Below the pieces are notes generated by a model that was given only the letters and a program-made list of their open reading frames with translations, was not told where the DNA came from and did no database searches. Below, one piece after another: positions 17,458 through 27,896 of a stretch of DNA of 64,000 bases (positions within the stretch are counted from its first letter, which is position 1; each line of letters starts with the position of its first letter). A program made the position numbers and the translations under genes. Location of the stretch: the IMG/VR virus record IMGVR_UViG_2737471844_000002, positions 1 through 64,000 of that record. One strand, 5' to 3'. The stretch is from a virus. Taxonomy: Duplodnaviria > Heunggongvirae > Uroviricota > Caudoviricetes.

Positions 17458-17743
17458 CGTTGCCGGCATTGTTAACGTCTGGCTGTGTGTCGCCATTGTG
17501 TTCGGGTTGTTCGTGTACCGCCGTAAAGGGGCTGTTCATAAACCTGCGGTCACCTGGGCGGCGTACTGGCTGATGCTCTGGTACGCCATCATCCCGTTCC
17601 GCTGGTTGTTTGGTACGTACACCCACTCCAGCTGGCTGGTTGTGGCGCTTAATCTGGTGTTCTGTGCGCTCATCGTGTGGGCGCACGGGAATTTGTCGAA
17701 AATCCTTTCGTTACTGAGGCATCCACATGAAATCAAAAGATGA
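17447..17743 (+). CDS. Membrane protein (lysis accessory candidate)
   Basis: Hydrophobic segments; overlaps neighbours. Confidence 0.45.
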   Translation: MVSSVAGIVNVWLCVAIVFGLFVYRRKGAVHKPAVTWAAYWLMLWYAIIPFRWLFGTYTHSSWLVVALNLVFCALIVWAHGNLSKILSLLRHPHEIKR

Positions 17744-18272
17744 CATTTTTGATGAAGTCCTGGGCAAAGAAGGCGGTTACGTCAATCACCCGGATGATAA
17801 GGGCGGCCCGACCAAATGGGGCATTACGGAAAAAGTCGCCCGCGCCCACGGATACCGTGGCGATATGCGTGAGTTAACCCGCGAACAGGCGCTGGATATC
17901 CTTGAAGCCGATTACTGGTATGGCCCGCGATTTGACCAGGTCGCCGCATTATCCCCTGATATTGCCGCAGAGCTGTGTGATACCGGTGTGAATATGGGGC
18001 CAACCGTGGCGTCCAGAATGCTTCAGCGCTGGCTGAACGTTTTCAACCTGCGCGGCAGGCTGTACCCGGATATGGATACAGACGGACGCATCGGACCTCG
18101 CACCATCAGTGCATTGCGCGCCTTCCTGAATAATCGCGGTCAGGACGGTGAGCGGGTGATGCTGACGGCCCTGAACTGCACGCAGGGTGACCGCTATCTG
18201 GAACTGGCAGAGAAACGCGAGGCTAACGAATCGTTTGTTTATGGCTGGCTGAAGGAGCGCGTGGCGGTATGA
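17727..18272 (+). CDS. Endolysin, GH108-type lysozyme with peptidoglycan-binding domain
   Basis: GGYVNHPDDKGGPTKWGIT motif recalled as typical of GH108 muramidases. Confidence 0.65.
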   Translation: MKSKDDIFDEVLGKEGGYVNHPDDKGGPTKWGITEKVARAHGYRGDMRELTREQALDILEADYWYGPRFDQVAALSPDIAAELCDTGVNMGPTVASRMLQRWLNVFNLRGRLYPDMDTDGRIGPRTISALRAFLNNRGQDGERVMLTALNCTQGDRYLELAEKREANESFVYGWLKERVAV

Positions 18273-18451
18273 CGCGTCAGCACTGGACACACAGAACGCC
18301 ACGTAAAGCCGCGCGCTGTGTTCTGGCCCTGTTTCTGGTGATGTTGCTTCCGGTGGGATGCACAGACATTAACAGGGCGGGCCAGCTGTTTGACGCGGCG
18401 GCGCAGGTCTGCCGGATTGTTGATGGCATCCGGCAGTGTTCGCAGAACTGA
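18269..18451 (+). CDS. Lipoprotein, o-spanin candidate
   Basis: Lipobox-like LLPVGC near the N-terminus; directly after the endolysin. Confidence 0.45.
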   Translation: MTRQHWTHRTPRKAARCVLALFLVMLLPVGCTDINRAGQLFDAAAQVCRIVDGIRQCSQN

Positions 18452-18472
18452 TTTTTTTGAAGGTCTGACACA

Positions 18473-18679
18473 GTGAGCATTATCAGATTTACAGAATGCG
18501 CAGGTTCAGGGAGCACCAGCGCTGTCATGGTAGTCGCTGAACGCATCACCCATTTTTACCGTCAGTGTGGTGCATATGGTGGCACGATCATTGAGCTGGA
18601 TACCGGGAAAAACGTGTATGTTCTTGAAAATCCCGACAAAGTTAAATGCCTGATTGAACAGGCTCAGAAGGTCACTTAA
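18473..18679 (+). CDS. Hypothetical protein (68 aa)
   Basis: Six-frame ORF. Confidence 0.4.
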   Translation: MSIIRFTECAGSGSTSAVMVVAERITHFYRQCGAYGGTIIELDTGKNVYVLENPDKVKCLIEQAQKVT

Positions 18680-19179
18680 TGGCGTGGTCACAGGATATCA
18701 GGGACAAAGTCCGTAACGGGTACATCTTTGACCAGCTTCCGCTGGATATCGTCGCCATGAAGTACGCCGTGCCGCACGACACCGCGCGGCGCTGGAAAAC
18801 GCAGGCGATGAAGAACGGCGATGACTGGGACAAGCTGCGGGCCGCGCACGCGCTCGCCGGTGACGGGCTGGAAAGTGTCGCCCGCACCGTGCTTATCAGT
18901 CTGGTGGTGAAGTGTCAGACGACGCTTGAACGGCTGAACCAGAACCCGGACATCCCGCCGCAGGAGTCCGTCGAACTGCTGGCGAGTCTGTCTGACAGCC
19001 TCAGTAAGGCGGTGGCCAGCAGTAAAAAAATCCTGCCGGAAACCGACCGGCTCGCCACGGCACTGGAAGTGGTGCAGCGGCTCGGCGCGTTCATCAGGGA
19101 CCGTCACCCGGCGCAGTATGCCCCGTTTCTTGAGGTGCTCGAAAGCTTCGCTAAAGAGCTTGAGGATAATTTCAGTTAA
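18679..19179 (+). CDS. Putative small terminase subunit (Mu gp27-like)
   Basis: Position upstream of the large terminase. Confidence 0.5.
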   Translation: MAWSQDIRDKVRNGYIFDQLPLDIVAMKYAVPHDTARRWKTQAMKNGDDWDKLRAAHALAGDGLESVARTVLISLVVKCQTTLERLNQNPDIPPQESVELLASLSDSLSKAVASSKKILPETDRLATALEVVQRLGAFIRDRHPAQYAPFLEVLESFAKELEDNFS

Positions 19180-19225
19180 CCACAGCGGCCCGGTTTTCCG
19201 GGCCGTCTGATATTCGGGATTTGTA

Positions 19226-19966
19226 ATGCAAAAACAGATTATTGGTAACGCAACGTTGTATTGCGGTGATGTTCTTGATGTGCTGCCGGCGTTATCTGAA
19301 CGTTTTGATGCCGTCATTACCGACCCGCCTTACAGCAGTGGTGGCACACACAAATCAGACCGCAGTATGGCCCCTTCGGACAAGTATGTCGGTCACACCC
19401 ACTATGCCGAGTTCAGCGGGGATAACCGCGACCAGCGCAGCTGGGCATACTGGAGCACCCTGTGGATGTCCGGGGCTGCCCGCCTTGTGCGCCCCGGTGG
19501 TTATTTCATGGTGTTCAGTGACTGGCGACAGCTTCCCACCATGACCGACGTTTTTCAGGCCGGTGGTGTGCTGTGGCGTGGTCTGGTTGTCTGGGATAAA
19601 ACGCAGGCTTCCCGTGCGCCACACACTGGCTATTTCCGGCATCAGGCCGAGTATGTGGTCTGGGGCAGCAACGGAAAACTCGACAAATGCCCGCACGGTG
19701 GCCCGTTCCCGGGTGTGATTACGCAGCGTGTTGTCCCGTCCGCAAAACTGCACATGACCGCAAAGCCGGTTCAGCTGATGGCCGAGCTGGTTAAACCGCT
19801 GGCACCGGATGCGCACGTTCTCGATCCGTTTATGGGAAGTGGCACCACCGCCATCCCTGTACTTGCCCGTGGCGGACGGTTTACCGGCATTGAAATGACT
19901 AACCAGTATTTTGATATCGCCTGCGCACGTATCGAAAAAGCGCAGGCAGAAGCAGCGCAGGTGTGA
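19226..19966 (+). CDS. DNA methyltransferase (N6-adenine / N4-cytosine class)
   Basis: DPPY catalytic motif (AVITDPPYSSGG) and later FMGSGTT AdoMet-binding motif. Confidence 0.8.
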   Translation: MQKQIIGNATLYCGDVLDVLPALSERFDAVITDPPYSSGGTHKSDRSMAPSDKYVGHTHYAEFSGDNRDQRSWAYWSTLWMSGAARLVRPGGYFMVFSDWRQLPTMTDVFQAGGVLWRGLVVWDKTQASRAPHTGYFRHQAEYVVWGSNGKLDKCPHGGPFPGVITQRVVPSAKLHMTAKPVQLMAELVKPLAPDAHVLDPFMGSGTTAIPVLARGGRFTGIEMTNQYFDIACARIEKAQAEAAQV

Positions 19967-19967
19967 C

Positions 19968-21608
19968 GTGGCAAAACGTAAACTTTCCATTAAAGAGTTT
20001 CAGAGAAGCCTGCAGGAGTACATCGCCAACCTCCGCCAGACCATCGAGGCTGAATGTCTGGGGTTCGATGTTAACCCGCAGGCCACACAGGCCCGCCGGG
20101 CGGCAGTCTGCGACCCGGTGACGGGCTACGATTATTTTGTCGAAAACTATTTTCCGCACTATGTCCGCAACCCGGCAAAAAGTGAGCTGCATAAATACCT
20201 GTTCAGCCGTCTGCCACAGGTTGTGGCAAGCCCGGACCCGGAGAACGACGCCATCGCCGCGCCCCGTGGTGAAGCAAAATCCACGCTGGTGACGCAGCTG
20301 TTTACCCTGTGGAACATTATCCGGGCCATTAAGCATTACCCGGTCATCATTATGGACAGTATCGACCAGGCTTATCCGATGCTGGAAGCCATTAAGGCTG
20401 AACTGGAATTTAACCCCCGTTTAAAAAACGATTTCCCGGAAGTGTGCGGACAGGGCCGTGTCTGGCGTATGGGGACCATCGTCACGGCCAACAATATCAA
20501 GGTAACCGTTGCCGGTAGTGGTAAAAAACTGCGTGGTCTGCGCCACGGCCCGTACCGTCCTGACCTGGTCATCCTCGACGACATCGAGAACGACGAGATG
20601 GTGCGTAACCCGGAGCAGCGCGACAAGCTGCATGACTGGCTCACCAGAACCGTGATGCCGCTGGGCGAGGCTGGCGGTAAAACCGATATTATTTATATCG
20701 GAACCATCCTGCATTACGACTCCGTGCTGTCGCGCACACTCAATAACCCGATGTGGAAAACGGCCCGCTTTAAGGCGGTCATTCAGTGGCCTGCCAACAT
20801 GAAGCTGTGGGACGAGTGGGAAGAACTCATCCGCAACAAACAGCCAGAAGCGGCGGAGGCACTTTATCAGCAGAACGAAGCCGACATGCTCGCCGGGTCG
20901 GTGGTGTCATGGGCGGCGCGCCCACTGCTGGCGCTGATGAAAATCCGTGTCCGTGACGGTCACGACACCTTTGATTCTGAATACCAGAACGACCCGGTCA
21001 GCGGTGAAGATGCGCTGTTTGCGGGCTGCATTAAGTTCTGGGTTAACCGTCTTGATGAATGGGTGTTTTATGGTGCTGTTGACCCCAGTCTCGGGAAGAA
21101 GAATAAAAACCGCGACCCGTCGGCCATTCTCGTGGGGGGCTTTAACCGTTTTACCGGCATTCTGGATGTGGTTGAAGCCGATATCCGCCGACGTCTGCCA
21201 AACAAACTTATCGAAGACGTGATTAAGTATCAGCGGGAATACCACTGTCTGTGCTGGTCGTTTGAGTCCGTCCAGTTTCAGGAGTTTCTGCGTACCGTGC
21301 TGGTTGAGCGTTCGGCGGCGCTGGGCGTGCCGGTTCCGGCGCTGCCGGTCATCCCGCTGGAGGATAAGGCGCTGCGCATTGAGTCCCTTCAGCCGCATAT
21401 GGCCAACGGCCTGATTCGTATCAGCCACACACATCAGACGCTGATTGACCAGCTGCGCCACTACCCCAAAGCCGACCACGATGATGGCCCGGACTGTCTG
21501 CACATGCTGTGGACGCTGGCGGTATCGCGCAGCGCAAAATTTCAGATTCACACCCCACGCAGCACCGGGCGTGACCGTGGCGGGCGTTTTGGTTCAGGAG
21601 GATGGTAA
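19968..21608 (+). CDS. Terminase large subunit (Mu gp28-like)
   Basis: Walker-A-like GEAKSTL, acidic nuclease-like C-terminus; GTG start chosen directly after the methyltransferase stop. Confidence 0.75.
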   Translation: MAKRKLSIKEFQRSLQEYIANLRQTIEAECLGFDVNPQATQARRAAVCDPVTGYDYFVENYFPHYVRNPAKSELHKYLFSRLPQVVASPDPENDAIAAPRGEAKSTLVTQLFTLWNIIRAIKHYPVIIMDSIDQAYPMLEAIKAELEFNPRLKNDFPEVCGQGRVWRMGTIVTANNIKVTVAGSGKKLRGLRHGPYRPDLVILDDIENDEMVRNPEQRDKLHDWLTRTVMPLGEAGGKTDIIYIGTILHYDSVLSRTLNNPMWKTARFKAVIQWPANMKLWDEWEELIRNKQPEAAEALYQQNEADMLAGSVVSWAARPLLALMKIRVRDGHDTFDSEYQNDPVSGEDALFAGCIKFWVNRLDEWVFYGAVDPSLGKKNKNRDPSAILVGGFNRFTGILDVVEADIRRRLPNKLIEDVIKYQREYHCLCWSFESVQFQEFLRTVLVERSAALGVPVPALPVIPLEDKALRIESLQPHMANGLIRISHTHQTLIDQLRHYPKADHDDGPDCLHMLWTLAVSRSAKFQIHTPRSTGRDRGGRFGSGGW

Positions 21609-21611
21609 TTA

Positions 21612-23207
21612 ATGGCACAGCTTGTTGATATTTACGGACGCCCGCTGAAACGTGAGGCACTCAAAACCACGCAGACGGTCAGAGTGGCGGAACGGCTGCG
21701 CATTTATCCAGACCACCCGTCGCGTGGTCTGAACATCAGAAAACTGCCGCGCATTCTGGAAGCCGCCGAGCGTGGTTATCTTCCTGCGCAGGCGATGCTG
21801 TTTGCGGATATGGAAGAGCGTGACGGGCACCTGTTCGCCGAGATGGAAAAGCGCAAAAAAGCGTTGCTGACGCTGGACTGGTCGGTGGAGCCGCCCCGCA
21901 ATACCTCGAAGGCAGAAAAGGAGCTGGCCGCCGCCGTGGATGAATGGCTGCACGGCATCCCGGACATGGAGGACATCATCCTCAACGGGATGACCAGTGT
22001 CGGTTACGGCTTCAGCTGTCAGGAAATCAGCTGGGCGTTCGTGGATAAAACGTGGTTACCGGATGCGGTGACGCTGCGCCCGCATAACTGGTTCATTACC
22101 CTGCCGGAACACAATGACGAACTCCGGCTGGATGACGGCGGTCGCGGGGAAGACGGTAAGGACGGTTCCGCGCTGTGGCCGTTCGGCTGGCTGGTTCACC
22201 GTTACAACGCCCGGTCGGGATTTCTGGGTTCATCCGGTCTGTTCCGCGTACTGGTCTGGCCGTATCTGTTCAAAAACTTTGCGCTGCGTGATATGGCGGA
22301 ATTCCTGGAGATTTACGGCCTTCCGGCGCGTATTGCGTACTATGCACAGGGCACCAGTGACGAAGACCGGGACAACATTCTCGAAGCCCTGGTCAATCTG
22401 GGCCATGAAGCGGTGGCAGCCCTGCCGCAGGGTAACGAGATTGAGTTCAAGGAGGCCGCGTCCGGCGGACCGGAGGCGTTCATGTCGATGGTGGAATGGG
22501 CAGAGCGCACCACCTCAAAAGCAATTCTGGGCAGTACGCTGACCAGCCAGGCTGACGGTAAAACCTCCACCAACGCGCTGGGTAATGTGCATAACGAGGT
22601 CCGGCACGACATTCTGGCCGCCGATGCGCGCCAGCTGTCCGGCATGTTCAGCAGCCTGATACAGATGATGGCCAGCCTGAACGGCTGGCAGGATATCCCG
22701 CCACGCCGTCTGCCGCGTCTGGTGTTTGATGTGCAGCAGGAAGCCGACATTAAGGGCGTGGCGGAAGCCGTCAGTGTGCTGGTCAACAGTGTGGGGATGA
22801 AGGATATCCCGGCGTCGTGGGTGCGCAAAAAAACCGGTATCCCCACCCCGAAAGACGGCGAAGAGGTGCTGGTGCCGGTGGCACAGCGTCTCCCTGTGCA
22901 GGCGGGCCTCAGCCAGCTGCGTGAGCGGATGAATGTTGCCGCACTCAGTCAGCAGGACAACGGGGAGGACGACCTGGCACAGAACGCCATCGACCGGGCA
23001 GAGCTTCCGGCAGAGGCCATCGCGCAGGGGATGAACGAACTGGTGGCCCCACTGGTGCAGGCCATACAGGAAGGCCGGGATGCAGACGAGGCCATGAACA
23101 TACTGGCGGAAGCCTGGCCGGAACTGCCGGATGACACGCTGCGGCAGTTGCTGACGCAGGCATTCTTTGTGGCGGATATCTGGGGGCGACTGAATGCCGA
23201 CAGCTGA
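21612..23207 (+). CDS. Portal protein (Mu gp29-like)
   Basis: 531 aa, directly after the large terminase. Confidence 0.75.
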   Translation: MAQLVDIYGRPLKREALKTTQTVRVAERLRIYPDHPSRGLNIRKLPRILEAAERGYLPAQAMLFADMEERDGHLFAEMEKRKKALLTLDWSVEPPRNTSKAEKELAAAVDEWLHGIPDMEDIILNGMTSVGYGFSCQEISWAFVDKTWLPDAVTLRPHNWFITLPEHNDELRLDDGGRGEDGKDGSALWPFGWLVHRYNARSGFLGSSGLFRVLVWPYLFKNFALRDMAEFLEIYGLPARIAYYAQGTSDEDRDNILEALVNLGHEAVAALPQGNEIEFKEAASGGPEAFMSMVEWAERTTSKAILGSTLTSQADGKTSTNALGNVHNEVRHDILAADARQLSGMFSSLIQMMASLNGWQDIPPRRLPRLVFDVQQEADIKGVAEAVSVLVNSVGMKDIPASWVRKKTGIPTPKDGEEVLVPVAQRLPVQAGLSQLRERMNVAALSQQDNGEDDLAQNAIDRAELPAEAIAQGMNELVAPLVQAIQEGRDADEAMNILAEAWPELPDDTLRQLLTQAFFVADIWGRLNADS

Positions 23208-24360
23208 CGATGTTGACCTGGGTTATGCGTATACCCTGAAACCGGAAGAAGCGATTACGTATTTCGAAAGCAAGGGATACGTTATCGGCTTCCGCTGGCA
23301 CGATGTGAGGGACATCGCCAGTGCCCGGGCGTTCACGGTGGCAGGCGTGCTGAAACTGGATGTTCTGAAGGATATCCGTGATGGCCTGACGACGACACTG
23401 GCTGATGGCGGGACGTTCCGGGAGTTTGCAGCACAACTGGAACCACTGCTGGAATCAAAAGGCTGGCTGGGTAAAAAGCTGATTGTGGACGAGGACACCG
23501 GCGAACTGCACGGCAGACAGCTGACGCCGCGCCGGTTGCGCACGATATTTGATACCAACATTCAGTCCGCCTATAACGCCGGGCGTTATCAGCAACAGAT
23601 GGCGAACGTGGCTGACCGGCCTTATTTTGAGCGCGTGGCGGTGATGGACCTTCACACCCGCCCGAAACACGCCGCCCTGAACGGTTTTACCGCCCGGGCG
23701 GATGACCCGGTCTGGGAGTATTTCTACGCGCCGGACGGATACGGATGCCGCTGCCGTATCCGGGCGCGTTCAGCGTCTGATGTGGAGAAATACGGCCTGA
23801 CGGTGCAGAGCAGCGAGGGGCGGCTGGTTGAGGTTGAACAGGAATATGGTCAGCCGGGCCAGACCATCAGAACGATGGGGCTGAAGATGCCGGACGGCTC
23901 CGTGTATACCGCCGACCCGGGCTTCGGATTTAATCCCGGTCGGGTGGCATGGCAGCCGGAACCGGAAAAATACGATTACCGCAGCGCCCGCCAGTATGTC
24001 ACCGGCACTCTGACCGGGCCGGATTTTGCCCGGGGACTGGCGAACGTCAGCGAACTGGATGCGCGCCAGCGATATCCGCTGGCCATCCGTTCACCGGAAC
24101 AGGTCGCCGCCACGGGCGCTGCACGGCAGACGGTAAACCTTACGGCTGATGTCATGAAGCGCCTCAGTGCAGCAGACACGCCCCCGACCGCCGCCGACTA
24201 TGTGCTGATGCAGCAGACCATCGAACGGGCGGAGCATGTCACACAGGACGGCAACGCGTGGCGGTATGCGTTACAGTCGGGCGACCGCTGGTCGGTGGTG
24301 ACGGTGGAGGATGACGCGCTGACAGACTGGGTTATGCAGGATACCCCGGAGGCATCATGA
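23194..24360 (+). CDS. Head morphogenesis protein (Mu F-like)
   Basis: Size and position after the portal. Confidence 0.7.
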   Translation: MPTADDVDLGYAYTLKPEEAITYFESKGYVIGFRWHDVRDIASARAFTVAGVLKLDVLKDIRDGLTTTLADGGTFREFAAQLEPLLESKGWLGKKLIVDEDTGELHGRQLTPRRLRTIFDTNIQSAYNAGRYQQQMANVADRPYFERVAVMDLHTRPKHAALNGFTARADDPVWEYFYAPDGYGCRCRIRARSASDVEKYGLTVQSSEGRLVEVEQEYGQPGQTIRTMGLKMPDGSVYTADPGFGFNPGRVAWQPEPEKYDYRSARQYVTGTLTGPDFARGLANVSELDARQRYPLAIRSPEQVAATGAARQTVNLTADVMKRLSAADTPPTAADYVLMQQTIERAEHVTQDGNAWRYALQSGDRWSVVTVEDDALTDWVMQDTPEAS

Positions 24361-24908
24361 GCAACGGTAAACTGGATATTAAGATTGATTTAAGCGCGTA
24401 TAACACCACGCTGGGGAAACTGATTCGTTCCGTGAAGGACCGGCGCGACCTGATGACTGCGCTTGCGGGTTCCATGCTGGATGCGGTTGAGACTAACCTG
24501 GAACAACAGGGTCGCCCGAAATGGATGGGCTGGAGTCCGGCTTATGCGAAGCGGCGCGGCCCCGGGCAAATCCTTCAGAAGTCCGGGCGACTGGCCGCCA
24601 GTATCCGCTCTGCGGTTAACAATAACGAGGCCACGGTCGGGACAAACGTCCGTTATGCCCGTATCCACAACGAAGGCGGCGAAATCCGCCATCAGGCACG
24701 GACGCAGAACCTGTATTTTAAGCAGTATAAAAACGGCAGCGTCAGCACCCGCTTTGTGAAAAAGCGCAACAGTAATTTTGTACAGAGCGCAACGGTCGGA
24801 GCGTATACGGTCAACATGCCCGCGCGCCCCTTTCTTCAGCTTGTACAGGACGACATCGACGAGCTGGAGAACACCGCAAACCGCTATTTTGCGCGTGTGA
24901 TTGACTGA
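24357..24908 (+). CDS. Virion morphogenesis protein (Mu G-like)
   Basis: Position; overlaps the upstream gene by 4 nt. Confidence 0.55.
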   Translation: MSNGKLDIKIDLSAYNTTLGKLIRSVKDRRDLMTALAGSMLDAVETNLEQQGRPKWMGWSPAYAKRRGPGQILQKSGRLAASIRSAVNNNEATVGTNVRYARIHNEGGEIRHQARTQNLYFKQYKNGSVSTRFVKKRNSNFVQSATVGAYTVNMPARPFLQLVQDDIDELENTANRYFARVID

Positions 24909-25108
24909 ATGGCCAGAAACGCGCTGTAATCGCCTTTGACGACATAAACGCCTCACGGATGAGGCATTACAGCACCGCACCCCATAAATGCCGTCAGAAT
25001 CGTTTTTAAAAGGGTTTTAAAAACGGTTTTATTTCCCCTTTTATCCTTTCGCGTTATGGCAGGGTGCTGAACACCCTCCACAGTACCCCGTGTTCCCCTT
25101 CCGTCATC

Positions 25109-26233
25109 ATGTCGCGTATGAAGATGAACATTGCGGCGTTAAGCCTCGAAATTACTAAAGCAACCCACAGCGAAATCCAGCTGTTTCCGGCGGGCGAGTT
25201 CAGCGCGGTGGATGGTCGCCCGTATACCGATGAAATCGAAAGCGGTAAATGGGTGCTGACTGCTGAACTGGCCGCGCAGCTTGTCGCGCAGGTGGCCGCC
25301 CGTACCACGCCTTTTGTCATTGATTACGAACATCAGACGCTGCGCGCCGTAAACAACGGCAAGCCCGCCCCGGCGGCGGGCTGGTTCAGCCAGGTGGAAT
25401 GGCGAGAAGGTGCGGGCCTGTATGCCATCGGTGTGGAGTGGACGGATAACGCGGCGGCCATGATTGCCGCCGGTGAGTACAAGTTTATTTCCCCTGTTTT
25501 TGCCTACAACAAGCGCGGCGAAGTGCTGGAGCTGTTACACGCTGCGCTGACCAATACCCCTGCGCTCGACGGTATGGACGCGGTCATGCTGGCTGCGGCC
25601 AGCCGTCTGGCGAGTCTGTCAACTGAAACGGAGACCACAACGGTGGATGAAGAACTGTTAAACGATTTGCTGTCCAGTCTGCGCTGGATGCTTAACCTCC
25701 CGGTTACCTCAACGGCGGAAGATATTAAAAGCGAGCTGCAAAAGGTCGTTGACATGATTTCGAACGGTCAGGGAACGGCGGCGGCATCCGTCAGCCTGCT
25801 GACCCTGCTGAATCAGAAAGACGAGCAAATCGCCAGTCTGTCAGCAAATGCCTATGACCCGACGAAGCATATCCCTCTGACGGCATATGAAGAACTTCAG
25901 GGACGTTATGCCGTACTGGCGCAACAGTCCGGTGAGGCCGAAGCCGGGGCACTGATTCAGGCGGCGCTGTCTGACGGGCGACTGCTTCCGGCCCAGGAAG
26001 ACTGGGCAAAAGATTACGCCAGCCGCGATATCAACGGCTTTAAGTCCTGGCTGGATAACGCACCGAAACTTGTTGCGCTCAGTCAGACCCAGACCGGCGG
26101 CAAACCACCCAAAACGCCGTCACCGGCCCCGGCGCAGATTAAAACCGGCGATGACGTCGATGTCGATATCGCCATTTGTTCCATGATGGGCGTTGATCCA
26201 GAGGATGTCGCCCGTTACGCAGGAGATGAGTAA
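25109..26233 (+). CDS. Head protease/scaffold (Mu I-like)
   Basis: Position before the major head protein; start at one of several clustered ATGs (25109..25124). Confidence 0.65.
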   Translation: MSRMKMNIAALSLEITKATHSEIQLFPAGEFSAVDGRPYTDEIESGKWVLTAELAAQLVAQVAARTTPFVIDYEHQTLRAVNNGKPAPAAGWFSQVEWREGAGLYAIGVEWTDNAAAMIAAGEYKFISPVFAYNKRGEVLELLHAALTNTPALDGMDAVMLAAASRLASLSTETETTTVDEELLNDLLSSLRWMLNLPVTSTAEDIKSELQKVVDMISNGQGTAAASVSLLTLLNQKDEQIASLSANAYDPTKHIPLTAYEELQGRYAVLAQQSGEAEAGALIQAALSDGRLLPAQEDWAKDYASRDINGFKSWLDNAPKLVALSQTQTGGKPPKTPSPAPAQIKTGDDVDVDIAICSMMGVDPEDVARYAGDE

Positions 26234-26629
26234 ATGGATCGCAATACCCCCTACCGTGACGGCGAACTGAACCCGGTGCCGGTTGCCGCTGCGACCGAAA
26301 TTTTTGGCGGTCATATGGTGGCCGTTAACGCCTCCGGTTATGCCGTTCCGGCCAGTGCCACGGCCTCACAGATTACGCTGGGCGTGTCTGATGGCTGGGT
26401 GGATAACAGCAAGGGCAGCGATGGCGACGCCACCGTTCTGGTGCGTTGCGGCAAAGCCTTTCTGATGGCGAACAGCACCTCAGATCCGGTCACGCAATCG
26501 CAGGTCGGCAAGCTGTGCTACGTGGAAGACAGCGTGACCGTGGCAAAAACCGACAACAGCAGCGCCCGTCCTGTCGCCGGGAAAGTGATCGGCATCGGTG
26601 ACGATGGCGTCTGGGTTCATTTCAGTTAA
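26234..26629 (+). CDS. Small head-associated protein (possible decoration protein)
   Basis: Between the scaffold and major head genes. Confidence 0.45.
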   Translation: MDRNTPYRDGELNPVPVAAATEIFGGHMVAVNASGYAVPASATASQITLGVSDGWVDNSKGSDGDATVLVRCGKAFLMANSTSDPVTQSQVGKLCYVEDSVTVAKTDNSSARPVAGKVIGIGDDGVWVHFS

Positions 26630-26639
26630 GGAGCGAAAC

Positions 26640-27548
26640 GTGATAGTCAACGTTAAAAACGTCAAACAGATTTTTATCAATCTGAAGGCCACCTTCCAGA
26701 AAGCCTTCGACCAGTCGCCAACTGACTGGCAGAAGGTGGCAATGGAAGTGCCATCAAACGGCAAGGAAAACGACTACAGCTGGTTAAGTCGTTTCCCGAA
26801 AATGCGCGAGTGGATTGGTGACAAGGTCGTCAAATCACTGGCGGCATTTAACTACACCATCCGTAACAAGGACTGGGAAGCCACGGTTGAAGTCGATCGT
26901 AACGACATCGAGGACGACCAGATTATGGGCTATGCCCTTCAGGCGAAAGGGGCCGGACAGTCGGCAGCAGAGCTACCGGCAGATATTGTGGCGTCCCTTA
27001 TCAGTAACGGTTTTACCAATCCCTGTTACGACGGTCAGATGTTCTTTGATACCGACCACCTGGTCGCCGGTAAATCGGTGTCCAACAAAGGCACCAGAAA
27101 ACTCAAAGTTGGCTCGCTTGCCGAGGCGAAAGCCTCCTACGGTACCGCCCGTACGGCCATGCGTAGTCTGAAAGATGACGAAGGCGCATCCCTCAAAATT
27201 CGCCCGAATCTGCTGGTTGTGCCACCGGCGCTGGAGGATGACGCGAACTACCTGATGACCGCCGAGAAGTTCCCGGACGGCACGCCGAACCCGTACCGCA
27301 ATACCGCCGAAGTGCTGGTGATGCCGGAGCTGGCGTCGGATTCTGCGTGGTTCCTGTTTGACACCACCAAACCGGTGAAACCGCTGATTTATCAGCTGCG
27401 TAAAAAGCCTGTTTTTGTGGAGCAGACGGACTACAACAGCGACAACGTGTTCAAGCGTAAGAAGTTCCTGTTTGGTGCCGAAGCGCGCTGTAACGGCGGT
27501 TACGGCTTCTGGCAGATGGCATTTGGTTCTGATGGTACGACGGAGTAA
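26640..27548 (+). CDS. Major head subunit (Mu T-like)
   Basis: AAGGAG RBS then GTG at 26640; about 300 aa. Confidence 0.7.
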   Translation: MIVNVKNVKQIFINLKATFQKAFDQSPTDWQKVAMEVPSNGKENDYSWLSRFPKMREWIGDKVVKSLAAFNYTIRNKDWEATVEVDRNDIEDDQIMGYALQAKGAGQSAAELPADIVASLISNGFTNPCYDGQMFFDTDHLVAGKSVSNKGTRKLKVGSLAEAKASYGTARTAMRSLKDDEGASLKIRPNLLVVPPALEDDANYLMTAEKFPDGTPNPYRNTAEVLVMPELASDSAWFLFDTTKPVKPLIYQLRKKPVFVEQTDYNSDNVFKRKKFLFGAEARCNGGYGFWQMAFGSDGTTE

Positions 27549-27551
27549 TGC

Positions 27552-27893
27552 ATGGAAAAGGTGATTGAAATTACCGCCCGCCGTGAGGGTTTTCGCCGCT
27601 GCGGTGTGGCACACAGTGCAACCACGAAGGCATGGCCTGTGGATGCGTTCACCCCGGAACAGCTGGCGGTGCTGAAGGCTGACCCCATGCTGATTGTGGT
27701 GGAGCGCGATAAAGCGTCCGGCCAGAACGACGCGGCCCAAAGTGATGAACTGGCCGCACAGCTGGATGCCGAGCGTCAGAAAGTCAGCGAACTGACGGCG
27801 CAACTGGAAGAAGAACGCCAGAAAGTCAGTGAACTGACCGCACAGCTGAACGCCGCACAGAAAACACAAAAAGCGGACAAAAAGGAGAAGTAA
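27552..27893 (+). CDS. Hypothetical head-region protein with duplicated coiled-coil segment
   Basis: RQKVSELTAQL repeated twice. Confidence 0.45.
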   Translation: MEKVIEITARREGFRRCGVAHSATTKAWPVDAFTPEQLAVLKADPMLIVVERDKASGQNDAAQSDELAAQLDAERQKVSELTAQLEEERQKVSELTAQLNAAQKTQKADKKEK

Positions 27894-27896
27894 CCC

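Noticed and set aside
20907-21551. 214-aa minus-strand ORF
   Set aside because: Antisense within the Mu-like large terminase; Arg-rich low-complexity translation.
22340-23436. Overlapping minus-strand ORFs of 163 to 168 aa inside the portal gene
   Set aside because: Antisense to the portal gene; Pro/Arg/Ala-rich products without start context.
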